A DNA stretch of 64,000 bases from Hemiscyllium ocellatum. Taxonomy: Eukaryota. Under the pieces are notes generated by a model that was not told the origin of the DNA, did not search any database, and worked only from the letters and a program-made list of their open reading frames with translations. The DNA lies in contig NW_026867531.1 in the NCBI RefSeq assembly GCF_020745735.1, positions 248,001 through 312,000 of the forward strand, given 5' to 3'. Positions 48,055-61,069 of this stretch are shown one piece after another; within the stretch, counting starts at the first letter, position 1, and every line of letters starts with the position of its first letter. A program made the position numbers and the translations under genes.

Positions 48055-51000
48055 CTATCAGGCAGAACATTCCAGTTTCCAAGCAATGCTTTTTAAAAAC
48101 AGTTTTCCTTGTAACCGTTGTTTTCTTTTTTTTTGCTGATCAAGTTAAATCCACTGATCCTTTTCTTCTCAAGCCTTTTTTAAAATATAATCCGCACAGT
48201 ATGGAAACAGGCCACTTGGCCCAACAAATCCACACCAACTCTCCAATCCAAATGCATTCTCCTACTCTTTTTACTCTATCCAAATCCCTCATGATTTTGA
48301 ACACTTTTAAAATGAATTCTTCATCTTCTGTTCTCAAACTATCCACATAGTTCTCCAGTTGCTCATCTCTGGTACCATTTTTGTGTACCTTTTGTGCACG
48401 TTCTCAAATCCCTTCCTGAAGCGTGCTGCATAAAGACCAGACATGAGGGAAAAGCATGTTTATAACTATTTGTCATAATTTCTTTATTTTGCATGCCACT
48501 GTCTTATTTATAATGTTCAGAATCCTCATGATATCTTCAATCTGCAATCAGAGGAAGTTGACAATTTAAGTTCACGAGTAAAGAAAGTGACAGTCGAAAA
48601 GGAAGTTTGATCCAATGTATGAACATGTTATGCTTCAACATGTGTTCAGTCTCTTTCTGAACCTGTGCCACCCTTCAAAGGTTAAGTCTATAGGATGTTG
48701 CTTGATTGGAACAGCATTTCCTCAATCAATATTATGTGCAGTGAGATTAGTAATTCCCAGGTTATTCCCACATATCTCCCCATGTGATTGTAGTAACTCT
48801 TTCAGGTCATTTCGATTTTCATCCGGAAGGTAACTCAGCAGTTTATCCCAGTTTTCCAGAACTTCCTAATTGTTCAATTTAATTTGAGGAATGTCCAATT
48901 CACAATCATCTGAAATTGTTTCGTCACTCTGTGTTGTAGCCAGTAACACATTCTTTTTTGTTTTCCTATCAAAATAGCTTTTGAACAAAACACATCTCTT
49001 TAAGCCACAGAATGGTCACAGAAATAAGTGGAGCAGTAAGCCATTCAGCCCCTTAAGCATGCGCTGCTGTTCAAAATGACAATGGCTGATTATCCAACTC
49101 AGTACCCTGTTCCATTATTCTTTTGATAAGCTTTGATCTCTTTAGCCAGAAAAAAAACTATTATGTTTTGGACTCAATCAATTTCTATGACTGTGAATTC
49201 TAAAGAGTCACCACTGTCAGGGTGAAGAAAGGTTTCCTCATCTCAGTCCAAAATGCCCGAGCCAGTATCTGTAGACCGTGACCCTGGTTCTGGACTCCCC
49301 AGCCGTGGAGAACATCCTTCCTGGTTATCTAATTCTGGATATAAACACTGACTTGTGCTGCATCTTGTGATCTTAGCCTGGGTCAATATGGGGAGGGTTA
49401 TTCTCAGTATTGCCACACTTTGACAGTGCAAGTTAACCTCTTGCTGACAGCAGGCTGGAAGCAAGGTAGCCATTTGTTGCTAAGGAAGAGATAGGACTGA
49501 GTGCTCACTGCCCATATTCAAAAGGGAAGAATGACCCATTGAGGAGAGATATTAGAGGACTTTTTGTAGCTGTAACGGTGGACACTGATAGAAATTACTG
49601 ACTCCCGTATAACACACAGGGAATCAGCAAAGGTGACTCAAACTGCTGATTCCTAATTAGCACTTTCCAAATGACAACAGCCCATTGGTTGAAGAAGCTT
49701 TCCTTTTTAACATTAAAATGTTCAGCAATGTATGACATGCCTCTGGAATAGGCAGGACAGGAATTTAAACCTACTAGGTCTAATCTAGGAACTTAAGCCT
49801 ACTGATCTAGGGGTAGGGAGACTATCATTCCACCATAAGAGGCCTGTTGTGCATCTCATACAGAATCAATGCAATTTCCCTTAATTGCTTCATTAATTTC
49901 TGGGGATGTAAATAATAAGCCGCCTGTCAGAGTATTGGGTGTTGCTCAGGTGTCACTGAGTAGTGTGCTGATCTTTGAGTTGGAGGGTTCAAGACCTACC
50001 ATCGGGTTTAGAACAGACTAATTGATGCTGCCACAACAGTGCAGTCCTGAGATAATCCTACGCATCAGATGTATATGAGGCATTAAACCAAAGCCACTCT
50101 GCCCTCTAAAGGGACCCTTATTATTTTGAATTAAAGTGAGGAGATTATACCTGGTGTCCCAGCCAGTACTTATCGCTCAATCCCGATGAGCAGATGATCT
50201 GGTCATCATCTCCTTCCTGCTTTTCTCATGGTACACAAATTAGATATCACATTTCTGACATGTGACTACATGATCAAAAGTACTTCAGTTGTTGTAAAGA
50301 ACATCTCTGATTGAAAATTGACTTTGTCAGAACCTGCATGTATTGTTACTCAACTTGGTTGTTCATGTTTCACTCTCTGCTGTAAGAAAACACTCCTTCC
50401 CAACTTCCATCAAATGAGAATGAGACAAAGCTCAGTGCTGTAATATTTAACTTTGTACTAACATCTGGGTCAAACTAATATACCATTCAATGCAAATATA
50501 AAATAAATGGAACCAGTTTTAAAGTATCAAAGCAAATTATATTTTCCACCAAAGGAGTGTATTGAAATATTTCAATAGTTCTCATTGTGTCAAGTACCAG
50601 CAAACAGTGGAGTCTGTTCCAATCTATTTTATCTTGTCTAAAGAATAGGCTGAGGAAAAGAACAGTGCATGAGGAGAGCAGTACAGTGTGGATCAGTGAT
50701 TAACAGCAGGAGAATTATTCTCCAGATTAGAATAGATATGTAGTGGAATATACTAAAATGATAGAATAAGAGAAGCTAAAGTGAGATGTTGTCAGCTGAA
50801 AGTTTTATAAGCTTGTTAAAATCTGGTCAGTCAGGATCTTATTGAATAGGGGAGCAGGCTCGAAGGGCCAAGTGACCTGTTCCCATTTATTGTTCATACC
50901 GCAAAACAATTTTGCGAGTTACTCGAGCGGAGGTATTAAACACACATTTTAAACTGTTACATGTGCACATGTTGACATTTCCATCTCTGATTCCCTGGGT

Positions 51001-53624
51001 TTGATAGCATGTAGTTGACAGTAGCCCCAGGGGTTCTGCACTTGTTTCAGAGATCTGGAAAGAGATGTTTAGGATACTCTGAGATTGCATTAAGATGTTA
51101 TATAAATGCACAACTTTTCTACTTGCCTTCCTGCTGGGGTGGAGGGGGTTTTGCTCTTCATCAAACCTGTGTATCATTTGACTTCAATTTGCTTTTCTTT
51201 GTTGCATTATTGTATGGAGTTTATTCTCTTAAGTCAATAGCCTGGATTTTGCCCAAAGTTTAAGAGGATTTTACTCACATTGGTGAGTTTCTGTATCCCA
51301 TGAAGTAACTTCATTGCAGTCAGTAATGGGAAATAAAGCAGATCAAATATAATGTTGTTAATTGTTATTAGGTCAATTAATAGGGATAACTATATGCTGT
51401 TCTATGAGCCTCAGGATTTAAAAGCCTTTTCAGTAGGGCCACTGCTGATTTACCCAACGCGCTATATTGGTGAACTCACTGATACTGAAACCTCTATAAT
51501 CTGGGACAATGATGAAATACAAACTGACTGGAACCGCAACTTATCAGAAAAACTAGGGAACAGAGAGAGATTGGGGCCGAAGCTCAGAACACAGAGGCAC
51601 TGCAAACCCAAGCACCCATTGACACAGCTTCTCGAGATGAGTTATGATGTGGTTCTGCACTATTCGGTTCTGATCTGTGATCGCAACCAATGCTTCTCTG
51701 TCAAGCCGATGTGGTTTATGGATAAAAATAATGTCTGCTAGAAGGTAACTACAAAGCTCTCTTGCGATAATGCGACACAGACTCAAGTGAAATGTGGAGT
51801 ATCTCCTTTTGGGGCTTCTTGCATCCTTTCAAGTGGCAGCTGAATTTGATAATCAGGTCTCAGTTACTATCGAATTGAATGAAATCTTGTTAGTGGTTCA
51901 TTTATTTACATTTCCCTATCTCTGAGGTTTGCCCCATTTCGTTATTAAAGAGCCAATGTGTGTGAGATCTCTTTAGTGCTGTCCATAGGATAGCCGTACT
52001 CCTGCCACTGTGCAACTGCATATTGATAGATGCCTTTAAAAACAATCTGAATCTATGGTCACATACTGGTGTAGGAACTGAGCGGGGCCCAGGACAGAAT
52101 GAGCAACTCTTCAACTGCTGCTAACCAATGTCATTATCACAAGGGTGCTTTTGGTGCCATCTTCACTATTCAGAATAACAATTAGTTTTCCTGCTGGTGC
52201 AGCATTTCTCTCTATTACTTTACATAATAGTGTGCTGTGTGTATGTGCATGTGGTTTGTTTCTATTTATTTCTGTTCCTCAATGGCTTTGAAATTGTTGC
52301 TGTATAGGATCAAAGGTAAAGTAATGTCTCCACAAGGACATTGTTGCTGGTTTCCCTCTGAGACCAGTGCAGAACTTTACCAGTTCATTGTCGGCCTGAT
52401 ACATTATAGTGAAGTTTCCCCTCTGCCAGCTGGGACAGCATGGACATTTGAGTATTGATGGAAATAAAGGTTTTTTTTATTTCGGTCTTTAGTATTGTAC
52501 TTATCAGGACACTCTCAAGAATACCAATGGGAAGGGAGAAAGCATTTAATCTGTCTGGGTAATGAGTGCTGATTGGTAAAGGCATGGAGGATGGTCCAGG
52601 TGATGATTGGCAGTTAACAGCCAATGCTTGTTGTGATTCGACTAAATTGGTGATGGCCATTCTCGGACTCATTTGGCAGGGCAATACCTTGACCACAAAG
52701 GCAACCTACCAATTGAAAACTTAACAATGTTTAGCTGATAACTGTCTGTCACCATCTGACCAGTCCATTTCCATTGGGGACATCTCGGTCAATCATTGTG
52801 CACTTTCCAAAGCATCAGAACTCTTTTCTTGTTCAGTGTAAAATGTTGTTTCCCTTCATATCAAAATCCTTGCAGCTATCCTGATGTATGCAAGACAAAA
52901 AAAAGAGCATGTCCTATTTTATAGCAATATCCAATTTCTATATTTGCAAACAACCGTTTGAATATGGGAACCTTTTGTTAATGGAGTATCCAACATCCAG
53001 CTGGTATCATTAAAATGGAATCTAGTTTTTGAATTTGAAATGATTTAACCCCCTGACAAGCCCACTTTGTACATGCAGATCCTTTTTGAATATTGTATCA
53101 GTCTGGCTGTTGAAAGACAGCTTTGGAAAGTTGTTTATTTCTGTCAACTTCTATTTAATGAATTGCTGAAACGGTGGATAATGCATTCTATTGCATTTTC
53201 AAAACTGAGATATCGTGTGAAATCAGGAGATGTGCACAGTGCAAATAAAAATCCCATTTAATGCTGGCCTGGACAAGACTGGTAAACTTAAACTTGTGCT
53301 TATAGAGAAAGGACTGAGATCTTAACTGGCTCATTATCATCTAATGTATTGAGATTAAACTTACGTCTATCTCTAAATTCTTCAAGGCCTTGATCCACGC
53401 TGTCTCTTGTACCCCTTATATACACACTCTGTTCTTTGGTTCTCTGATTGCTTTTGTCCATGAGTCTGGTCAAGTCCCCTGAATTAGATGTACTTTACTG
53501 ATAAACTTCCTTACATGCCCTCTGGTACTCATTCTCACTTTGAAAGCTTGCTTAAAAGCCGGTTTCATGTCATTGGTCCTAAGTCTTCTGATACATGCCA
53601 ACAACCTTCTCCTGCTTGGCATTC

Positions 53625-54408
53625 GGTGCATCCTTTTCCAGTTTGGAAGGTCAAACTCGAATGCTGAATATAGGGTTAAAGGCAGGATTCTTGGCAGTGG
53701 AGAGGAACAGAGGGATCTGGGTGTGCAAGTACATAGATCCCTCAAAGTTGCCACCCAAGTGGATAGGGTTGTTAAGAAAGCAGATGGTGTTTAGACTTTC
53801 ATTTACAAGGGAATCGACTTTGAGAGCAGCGAGGTTTTGCTACAGCTCTACAAGTCCCTGGTAAGACCACACCTGGAACATTGTGTCCAGTTCTGGTCAC
53901 CCTGCTATAAGAAATAGATAGAGGCTTTGGAGAGGGTGCAAAGAAGGTTTACCAGGATGCTGCCTGAACTGGAGGGCTTGCTTTATGAAGAAAGGTTGAA
54001 TAAGCTCAGACTTTTCTCTCTGTAAAGAAGGAGGAAGAGAGGAGACCTGATTGAGGTATACAAAATAATGAGAGGAATAGATAAAATCAAAAGCTAGAGA
54101 ATTTTCCCCAGGGCAGGATTGACTGGTACGAGGGGGTCATAGTTTTAAGATATTAGGAGAAAGGTATAGAGGAGACGTTAGAGGTGGGTTCTTTATGCAG
54201 AGTGTTGTGAATGCATGGAATGCTTTCCAGCAGTGGTGGTGGAAGCAGAGTCATTAGGGACATTTAAGTGACTGCTGGACATGCAAATGTTTAGCAGTGA
54301 GTTGAGAGGTGTGGGGGTTGTTATTATATTTTACATTAGGATTAGACCTCGGCACACTGTCGTGGGCCAAAGGGCCTGTTCTGTGCTGTATTTTTCTATG
54401 TTCTATGT
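53625..54408 (+). mobile_element. CR1 LINE 3' portion with (TTCTATG)n tail
   Basis: NAEYRVKGRILGSGEEQRDLGVQVHRSLKVATQVDRVVKK; tail ttttctatgttctatgtt. Confidence 0.9.
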
Positions 54409-56704
54409 TAAAGCATCTCATAAATGTGAGTATTAATATCCACTTTGGCAGATTTAATTGATTCTCATTGGAATGTATCTGCCAAACCTTTAGCAAAACC
54501 GAATCAGCAAACAGCTTCAGACTGTGCCCACGTCCAACACAAAACATTGCTGCTCCTCATTCACTTTTCAAATGCACTGCTCCATTCCAAATAGCAGACC
54601 ACCCATTCCCATTCATAGAGATGTGTTTCTGACGGATGGAAGTGGTTGTTTCTGTACTTCTGCCATTTTTATTGAACTCATCTCAAGTTACACTTTAGAA
54701 TTTGACGGTCAGGCCAAGACTGTTTGTTTTAAGCTTTATCAATTTTGACCAGGTTGCCAGCTCTTCATGTTCTTGAATATTGGAATATTGGCTGCGTTCT
54801 ATCAGCCCTCTAGGGACAGGCTGCAAGGTCATTAGGTGGGTAATAGGGTGGAAGATGATAAGGGAAGGAAGGAGTTTCCACCTCCGTAGTATTTTATTGA
54901 TCCCAAATTCGGGAAAGGATGACCACTCAGGTGGCCAATGCAGAGTCTGTTCCTGCCAATGCTGGCAGTTTATTAGCAGTAAGGTCTTCCATTGTGTGGG
55001 AGACCTCCCCCTGCATCCTAGTGACACCCCTGGAGGATGTCCCTCCTAATGTAGTACCTTATGGTCACAACAGGGTATCCCATCTGCACACTGGAACAGT
55101 CTCCTGTCCATGGTGGCAATCATTACGGGAACTGGAAATCAGAGTAAGTGAGTGAAAGAAGCCGTGAGTGCTAGAATGTTCACAACATTCCCAGGATCAG
55201 GTTGGCAGCTCCTACTGAGGCCATTAATAAGTCATTGAGATCCCCCAATTGGTGCATTTCAGTGCTATCAAGCAAATAGTGAAGTGGAGCCATGTGATAA
55301 AATCATTTACATTCAGTGCTGGATACTTGAGACTTTTTTGTGAGAAACTTTATAATTCTTCTAAATGTTCTTCGTGCACTTTTTGTTTCATACAATGGTG
55401 ATTTTCTACATAGGATTACAGAGGAAAAACAGACCGTTTGGCACAATCAGTTTATGCCAGTGCTTATGTTCTACTCAAGGTGTTTCACATCTTTCCTCAT
55501 CTAAATCGCCCGTTGTAATTCTCTATTCCCATCCCTTCCAAGTGCTCCCCTAGTTTCGTTGAAATACATCTAAACTATTGATTTCAACTTTTCCGTCTGG
55601 TCACACATTCCCCATTCTCATCATTCTTTCAGTGAAGAGGTTTCTTCTGAATTCCCTTTTGGACTTCTTGAGGTATCGTCTTATTTTGACAGCCTCGAGT
55701 TATATTCTATCCCACAGTGAAATGTTTTCTCTGTACCTTCTCTTTTCAAAACCTTTCTTAATTTTAGAACTGTCATCCTTCTTTTCAAGAGAGAAGTGAA
55801 CAGCACAACAATTCTTCGTTGATATGCACAGCCAGAAACTTGTGTAGCATTCTCGTAAATCATCTCTTCACTATCTCTCATACATTCTATAATATGTCAA
55901 CTTGAACTGCAGGCAATACTCTTAATTATAGTCAACCAAATTTGAAACCCTACTTTCAAATCTATCCCTTTAGAGATACAACTTAGAGCTTTGTTTGCAT
56001 TTTTATGGCCTTTGGAACCTGTGGTGAAATTGTTAGTGACTGATGTAATTGTCTGAAATCCCTTTGTTTGTCTCCCTCACTTAGACGTGCATCTTTGTCT
56101 AAGTGACCTGCACATTATTCCTACCAAGATGTAACATCTTACGTTTATCTGTGTGGATCTTCATTTGCTAATTATTTGAATGTACGGTAAATTAATTAAT
56201 GATCTCTTGCAACTTCTTGTAGTCCTCAGAATTGGCTACATTTCAACATTCCTTTCCAATTTGGTGTCATTGAATTGCTAACTTTTTTGTCGTAATTAGA
56301 TGCAACATTTAATTTGCAGTTTTACTTTATTTTGTTTTGAATATTTAGAGAGGTGCAGTAATCCACACATTAACTATAACAACTAAATGTAGAATGACAG
56401 ATAGATGAAAATTATTACAAACACAGGACTAATTAATAGACTCTATTAACTTCACGGTCAAAACAGGGAATTATTTTTTACACGAATGATATGGTGAGAT
56501 GATCCGTAGTGCAATAACTTTTTGTCCATTTTTTTGTTGCAGTTTATTTCCCAGGTCTTTCTGTGCTACTGATATGAATTTGAAAAGGCACCCATCCTCC
56601 ATTTTAAACTAAATGATAATAAAAAAACCAATATTTATATTAAATGCAACATGATTTATGAAGCCAATCCTCTAGGCTTATACATATTCACGGCCATGTA
56701 GAGT

Positions 56705-57990
56705 TATACAGGGAGAGGCTGAATAGGCTGGGGCTGATTTCTCTGGAGCGTTGGAGGCTGAGTCATGACTTTATAAAGGTTTATAAAATCATCAGAGGCA
56801 TGGATACGGTAAATAGACAAGGTCTTTTCCCTGAGGTGGGTGGAGTCTCATCTAAACCGTGAGTATAGGTTTAGAGTGAGAGGGGAAAAAGTTCGAAGTA
56901 CCTAAAGAGTAACTTTTTCATGCTGAGGATGGTGTATATGGAATGAACTGCCAGAGGAAGCGGTGGAGGCTGGTGCATTTTCAACGTTTAAAAGGCATCT
57001 GAGTGTGTATAAGAATAGGAAAGGTTTAGAGGGATATGGACCAAGTACTGCCAAATGGGACTAGATTAGATTAGGATAACATGGGCAAGTGTGATTGAAA
57101 GATCTGTTTCCAAGTTGTACATCTCTATGACTCTATGATCTACCCCTTTGCTCTTAGTGTACTAGTCGAATCTCTTTGGATTATCTTTAACATTATCTCC
57201 CAAGGCTATCTCATTTTCCTTTCTTGTCCTCCTCATTCCCCTCTTTAGAATGTCCCTGCACCTCTTGTACTCTTCGAGATTCACTTGATCTCATTTATCT
57301 ATATCTAATATATGATTCATTCTTAATCTGAACCAGAGCCTCAATATCTTTATTCCTCCAGTGTTCCCTCCTCTTACCAGCCTTACCTTCACACTAACTG
57401 GGACATCACGCCTCCGAACTCTCGTTATCTCACTTCTGAAAGCTTCATTCTTGCCGGCCGTCCCTTGAGCTGCAAACAGTCTACTCCAATCAACTCTTGA
57501 AAGATTTTGTCTCATACTATCAAAATTTGCCCTAGTTCAATTAAGAACTTTAACTTATATATAATGCCAATCCTTTCCATAGATATTTTAAACTAATCGA
57601 ATTATGACCCCGGCCCCAAAAAGCTCCCCTACTAACCATTCAGTCACTTGCCCTGCCTTATATCACAAGAGTAGGTCAGGTTTGCTCCTTCTGTGATAGT
57701 TACATCTGTATATTAATGAAGAAAATTGACTTTAGCACTTACCAAATTCCTCACCATCCAAGCTCTTAAGACCATGGCTGTCCCACTTTATGTTTGGAAG
57801 GTTAAAATTTGCGATTATTACAATCCTATTATTCTTACGTATAAATAAGATCTCTCCACATATTTTTTACTCAATTTCACTCTGACTACTGGGGGGATTA
57901 TTACAATTGCATCAAAGTAATCATGCCCTTCTTATTAATGAGTTCCATCCACATAGCTTCACTGGACCATCCCTCAGAAATACCTTGTGG
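56705..57990. mobile_element. CR1 3' fragment (+, ~56705-57140) abutting CR1 endonuclease-region fragment (-, ~57140-57990)
   Basis: gagaggctgaataggctggggctg...catctctatgactctatg; minus ORF 57291-57515 RQNLSRVDWSRLF. Confidence 0.7.
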
Positions 57991-59852
57991 TAGAACAGCA
58001 GTAGTTTCACCACAAGAAAAATTGACTCCAATCTCCTTCTAGCTCTTCCTACTTCTGCCGTACCTTTGATGGTGGGAGGGGCTTTGAACATAAATGATTC
58101 AATTTACTGGTGATGGTTAGTAGCTGAAAATAAAGATACTCTGGGGGACTTGGGTGATGGGAAATAAAAGGTTACATTGTGTGGAAGGAAAATTCTGGAT
58201 TTAAACAAGAATTTTAAAAAACAAACTCCATTCTGTCTGCCCAGGTCTTCCCTACACGGCTGTACCTCCAGAGTACTTTCCTTTTATTTTGATGTGTTCA
58301 AGTTAATCCCGCCCACTGTTTTGTACTTGTCAACCATTTGTTAACGGGTGTTTGCTGTTTCAGAGTGTAGGTTACCTTATTGTGTACGTTCTCAGAGTTC
58401 AGTGTTTGGGTCCTTGTTGTTCCAACCTGTGCTTTGGTCTCTAATGCAAAATTACAGCAAAATATTAACAGCAATTTAAGGCAAAATGTTAGGATATTGG
58501 AAGAACAGCACAGAGCATCAAGTTTGACAGAGGGGTTGTGGGAAAGGACGTGGAAAGCAGCAGGGTTTCCAGAACTTCTGATCTCTGCCTTCCCTGATCG
58601 AAATCAACCTGTGATTGATCATTTTTGAGGATTGTTATTCATTAATATCGGTGTGTCAGATAGATCTCCGTCTCAGGGAGGGGTGACGTGCTCCTTTGTT
58701 TTGTGATGAATTCAGAGAACATACAACAGTAAGGGGGTAAACCCAAAGGGGTGAAGGAGCAGAGGATCCTCCGTGTGTATGTGCACAAATCAGGGAATGT
58801 ACCATGACACGTGGACAGAAGAGCAAATAAACCCTACTTCATCAATAACACCGCAGAGAACAAACACAAAGCTATTATGTTACACTGAAATCAAACAGTC
58901 TCTTGTCTCACCTGGAATATTGCATCTCGTTTCAGGTGCCACATTTTTGACAAAATGCGAAGTTATGAGATTGGGTGCGTGACTGATTCACAACACCATT
59001 CCCGGGATGATACACCTCACCAACTCTGAGAAATTGAGAATGTTCTCCTCTGCTGATAGTTCCCAGACTCTGTGAACTGTTGCTATGATTGGTTCTCAGT
59101 TCCGTCTTGTGTCATATAGATCCCAATGGCTGAATATTTCAGGGACTCATGAGCTCTGACTTGCCTGATCAACATTGACCTCTGATTTATTATTTTTGAG
59201 GGTTGCTGTTCAGTAATATCCCTGTATCAGATAGATCCCAGTCTCATTCCCTGGGATTTGACAGGTGTGGTGTGTCAAATAGATCCCAGGAATTCTGCTC
59301 CATGAGATTTATGCGTGAGAAAAACTCCAGTTCTGAGAATCCGCCCTTGGATTGTGCACATGTTGCTGTCTGACTACCTGACTGAGCGTTGACATTTTTG
59401 GCTGATGAATGTTTCGTTGGGCGTTGTAGGTGGTGATTTATGTATTACTAACCCAGGCTGTCCGGACATTGGGAGTACATGTAGTTTAGACGGTGTAGAG
59501 TAAACTTTCAAACTCCTTTGCCTGCCTTTTATAGGCTTCTGGTGGAGCAAAGCTCCTAATTTGTATCATTACGTGACCCGAGGCCGTGACCCTTGGTGCA
59601 TAAGAGGAAATGTTCTCTAATCATTCTGCCTCTGGAGTGTTCCATCAGGCATATCGTGTGAAAGATGTATTTACATTAGTGGGCGGCATGGCAGCGCAAC
59701 ATTAAACTAAATGACTGGATGAAACACAACCAAACAGAACAAGTGAAAGTACTTGGCTGGGAAAGGAGTAGGATGTGGGAAAATGTATGATTACTGACTG
59801 GCCTTGAAGAAAGAATGAAGCAAACTCAAGGTTAGTGCATATTCATTTGAGA

Positions 59853-59858
59853 TTTATT
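59853..59858 (-). terminator. Candidate polyadenylation signal of the membrane-form mRNA
   Basis: First AATAAA (plus tttatt) found downstream of the TM2 stop, ~430 nt away; alternatives at 59186-59191 and 58283-58288. Confidence 0.4.
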
Positions 59859-60286
59859 AACCATTTCAGAAAGCATTTCTATCCAAAAAGTTGATGTAAA
59901 AGCTAACAGAAGTGAATATAATGGCTGGTTGCCACATTGAGATGAGAACACATGCGCTGTGAGGTGGGAATTTTATGTACATCAGTAACAGTCACAAGAA
60001 AGGGAATACAAAGGCTCATCAGAAAGGGGAGGCAACCATTCTGAGTAAGGAACAAATAAAAACAAAACAAATGGGCTTCAAACAACTGGGAAGCTACAAA
60101 TTCTTCCAACCACAACCATCTCAAAGATATCAAAGTAAAAACGAAAATCCATCAATAATTGTCTCAGTTACACACTGATAAACTGAAGTGATCTCACTGT
60201 TAGAGTCAGCAACAGGACAGATTGGAGATTGGGAATTCAGAGACCTTGATAAGCAGATCAGGAAATCAAAGGGGTCCAAAATTCAT

Positions 60287-60295
60287 TCACTTAAC
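60287..60295 (-). CDS. IgNAR: Ig heavy chain TM2 exon (cytoplasmic VK-stop)
   Basis: ctctcttttccag|GTT AAG TGA; 139-nt intron from the TM1 donor AAG|GTGAGA; gives the canonical KVK tail. Confidence 0.88.
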   Translation of the reverse strand, partial: VK

Positions 60296-60434
60296 CTGGA
60301 AAAGAGAGATAAAGCAATGACGCAGATATTTATGATCAGGGACTTTCAGATTTAATGTTTATTAAATGGCACACTTAGAGATTTCACAAAACATATTGGG
60401 CTGCTTGGTGTGAGAAAGATGTGATTATTCTCAC

Positions 60435-60562
60435 CTTCACCAGAGTGACGGCAGCGCTGTAGAAAATACTCAGGAAGAACAAGGTGATGAACGTGGAAGC
60501 AGTTGTCCAGATGTTGCTGTTATCATCCTCATAGTCTTCAATCCAAGTGCTATCTATTGAAT
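60435..60562 (-). CDS. IgNAR: Ig heavy chain TM1 exon
   Basis: ttcatag|AT TCA ATA...; 128 nt, phase 1 in, phase 0 out; (D)SIDSTWIEDYEDDNSNIWTTASTFITLFFLSIFYSAAVTLVK with the antigen-receptor TM pattern (W..ASTF..LF.LS.FYS..VT). Confidence 0.92.
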
Positions 60563-61069
60563 CTATGAATATAAAGCCAAGAGAATGCATTTAGATCGTT
60601 TATTGATCCAGATCGATCTATGTGTATCCAAGTCATGTAATTAGAGACCATTACATCTTCATAAAGCAGTCAGGTATTTCTCAAGTGTGACTCTTATCTG
60701 TATCCATCAGTGCATTATTGACTCTCAGCAAGAAATTACAAATACGAACTGCACATGTTCTTTCTTCATTGTCCATGTCAGAACGTTTGAAATTATTTTT
60801 CTTTTAATCTATTATTTCAGGATACTATTATTTGAGGAACACTTATTACGAATGAATATTTTAATTATATCATTATATTTTAAATATAGGCTGTGACAGC
60901 ACTTTAGTTGAAAATTGTGGCCATCACTGAATAAAAGTTCAAATGTGATTCTCACCTTTATGTATTGGTGACCAATTGCTTGGCAAATCGTGAATATAAG
61001 TGACATCACAGTCAGGACATTGCTTCATCTTTTTGTTTGTAGGATCTGTCTATTTAGGAATAAGTTTTT

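Noticed and set aside
3350-48069. Recurring ~100-bp repeat (gctgg..aaagc.cagcagg.caggcagcatc) as a CRISPR-like or satellite array
   Set aside because: Dispersed, in both orientations, TSD-flanked and contiguous with PLE ORFs; these are retroelement ends, with no spacers or cas genes
49620-49653. 10-bp inverted repeat ggaatcagca/tgctgattcc around TGACTCA
   Set aside because: Single short hairpin with no supporting context; expected occasionally in 64 kb
50490-50503. Octamer ATGCAAAT overlapping TATAAAA as an Ig promoter
   Set aside because: Overlap rather than the usual spacing, AT-rich context, and no downstream leader exon
51352-51741. 129-aa plus-strand ORF as a host exon
   Set aside because: No recognisable domain, no convincing splice pair, and alternative frames close quickly
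55713-55719. CACAGTG heptamer as an RSS (also in HE1 heads and near 34500 and 35943)
   Set aside because: No ACAAAAACC-like nonamer at 12/23 spacing and no adjacent V/D/J segment
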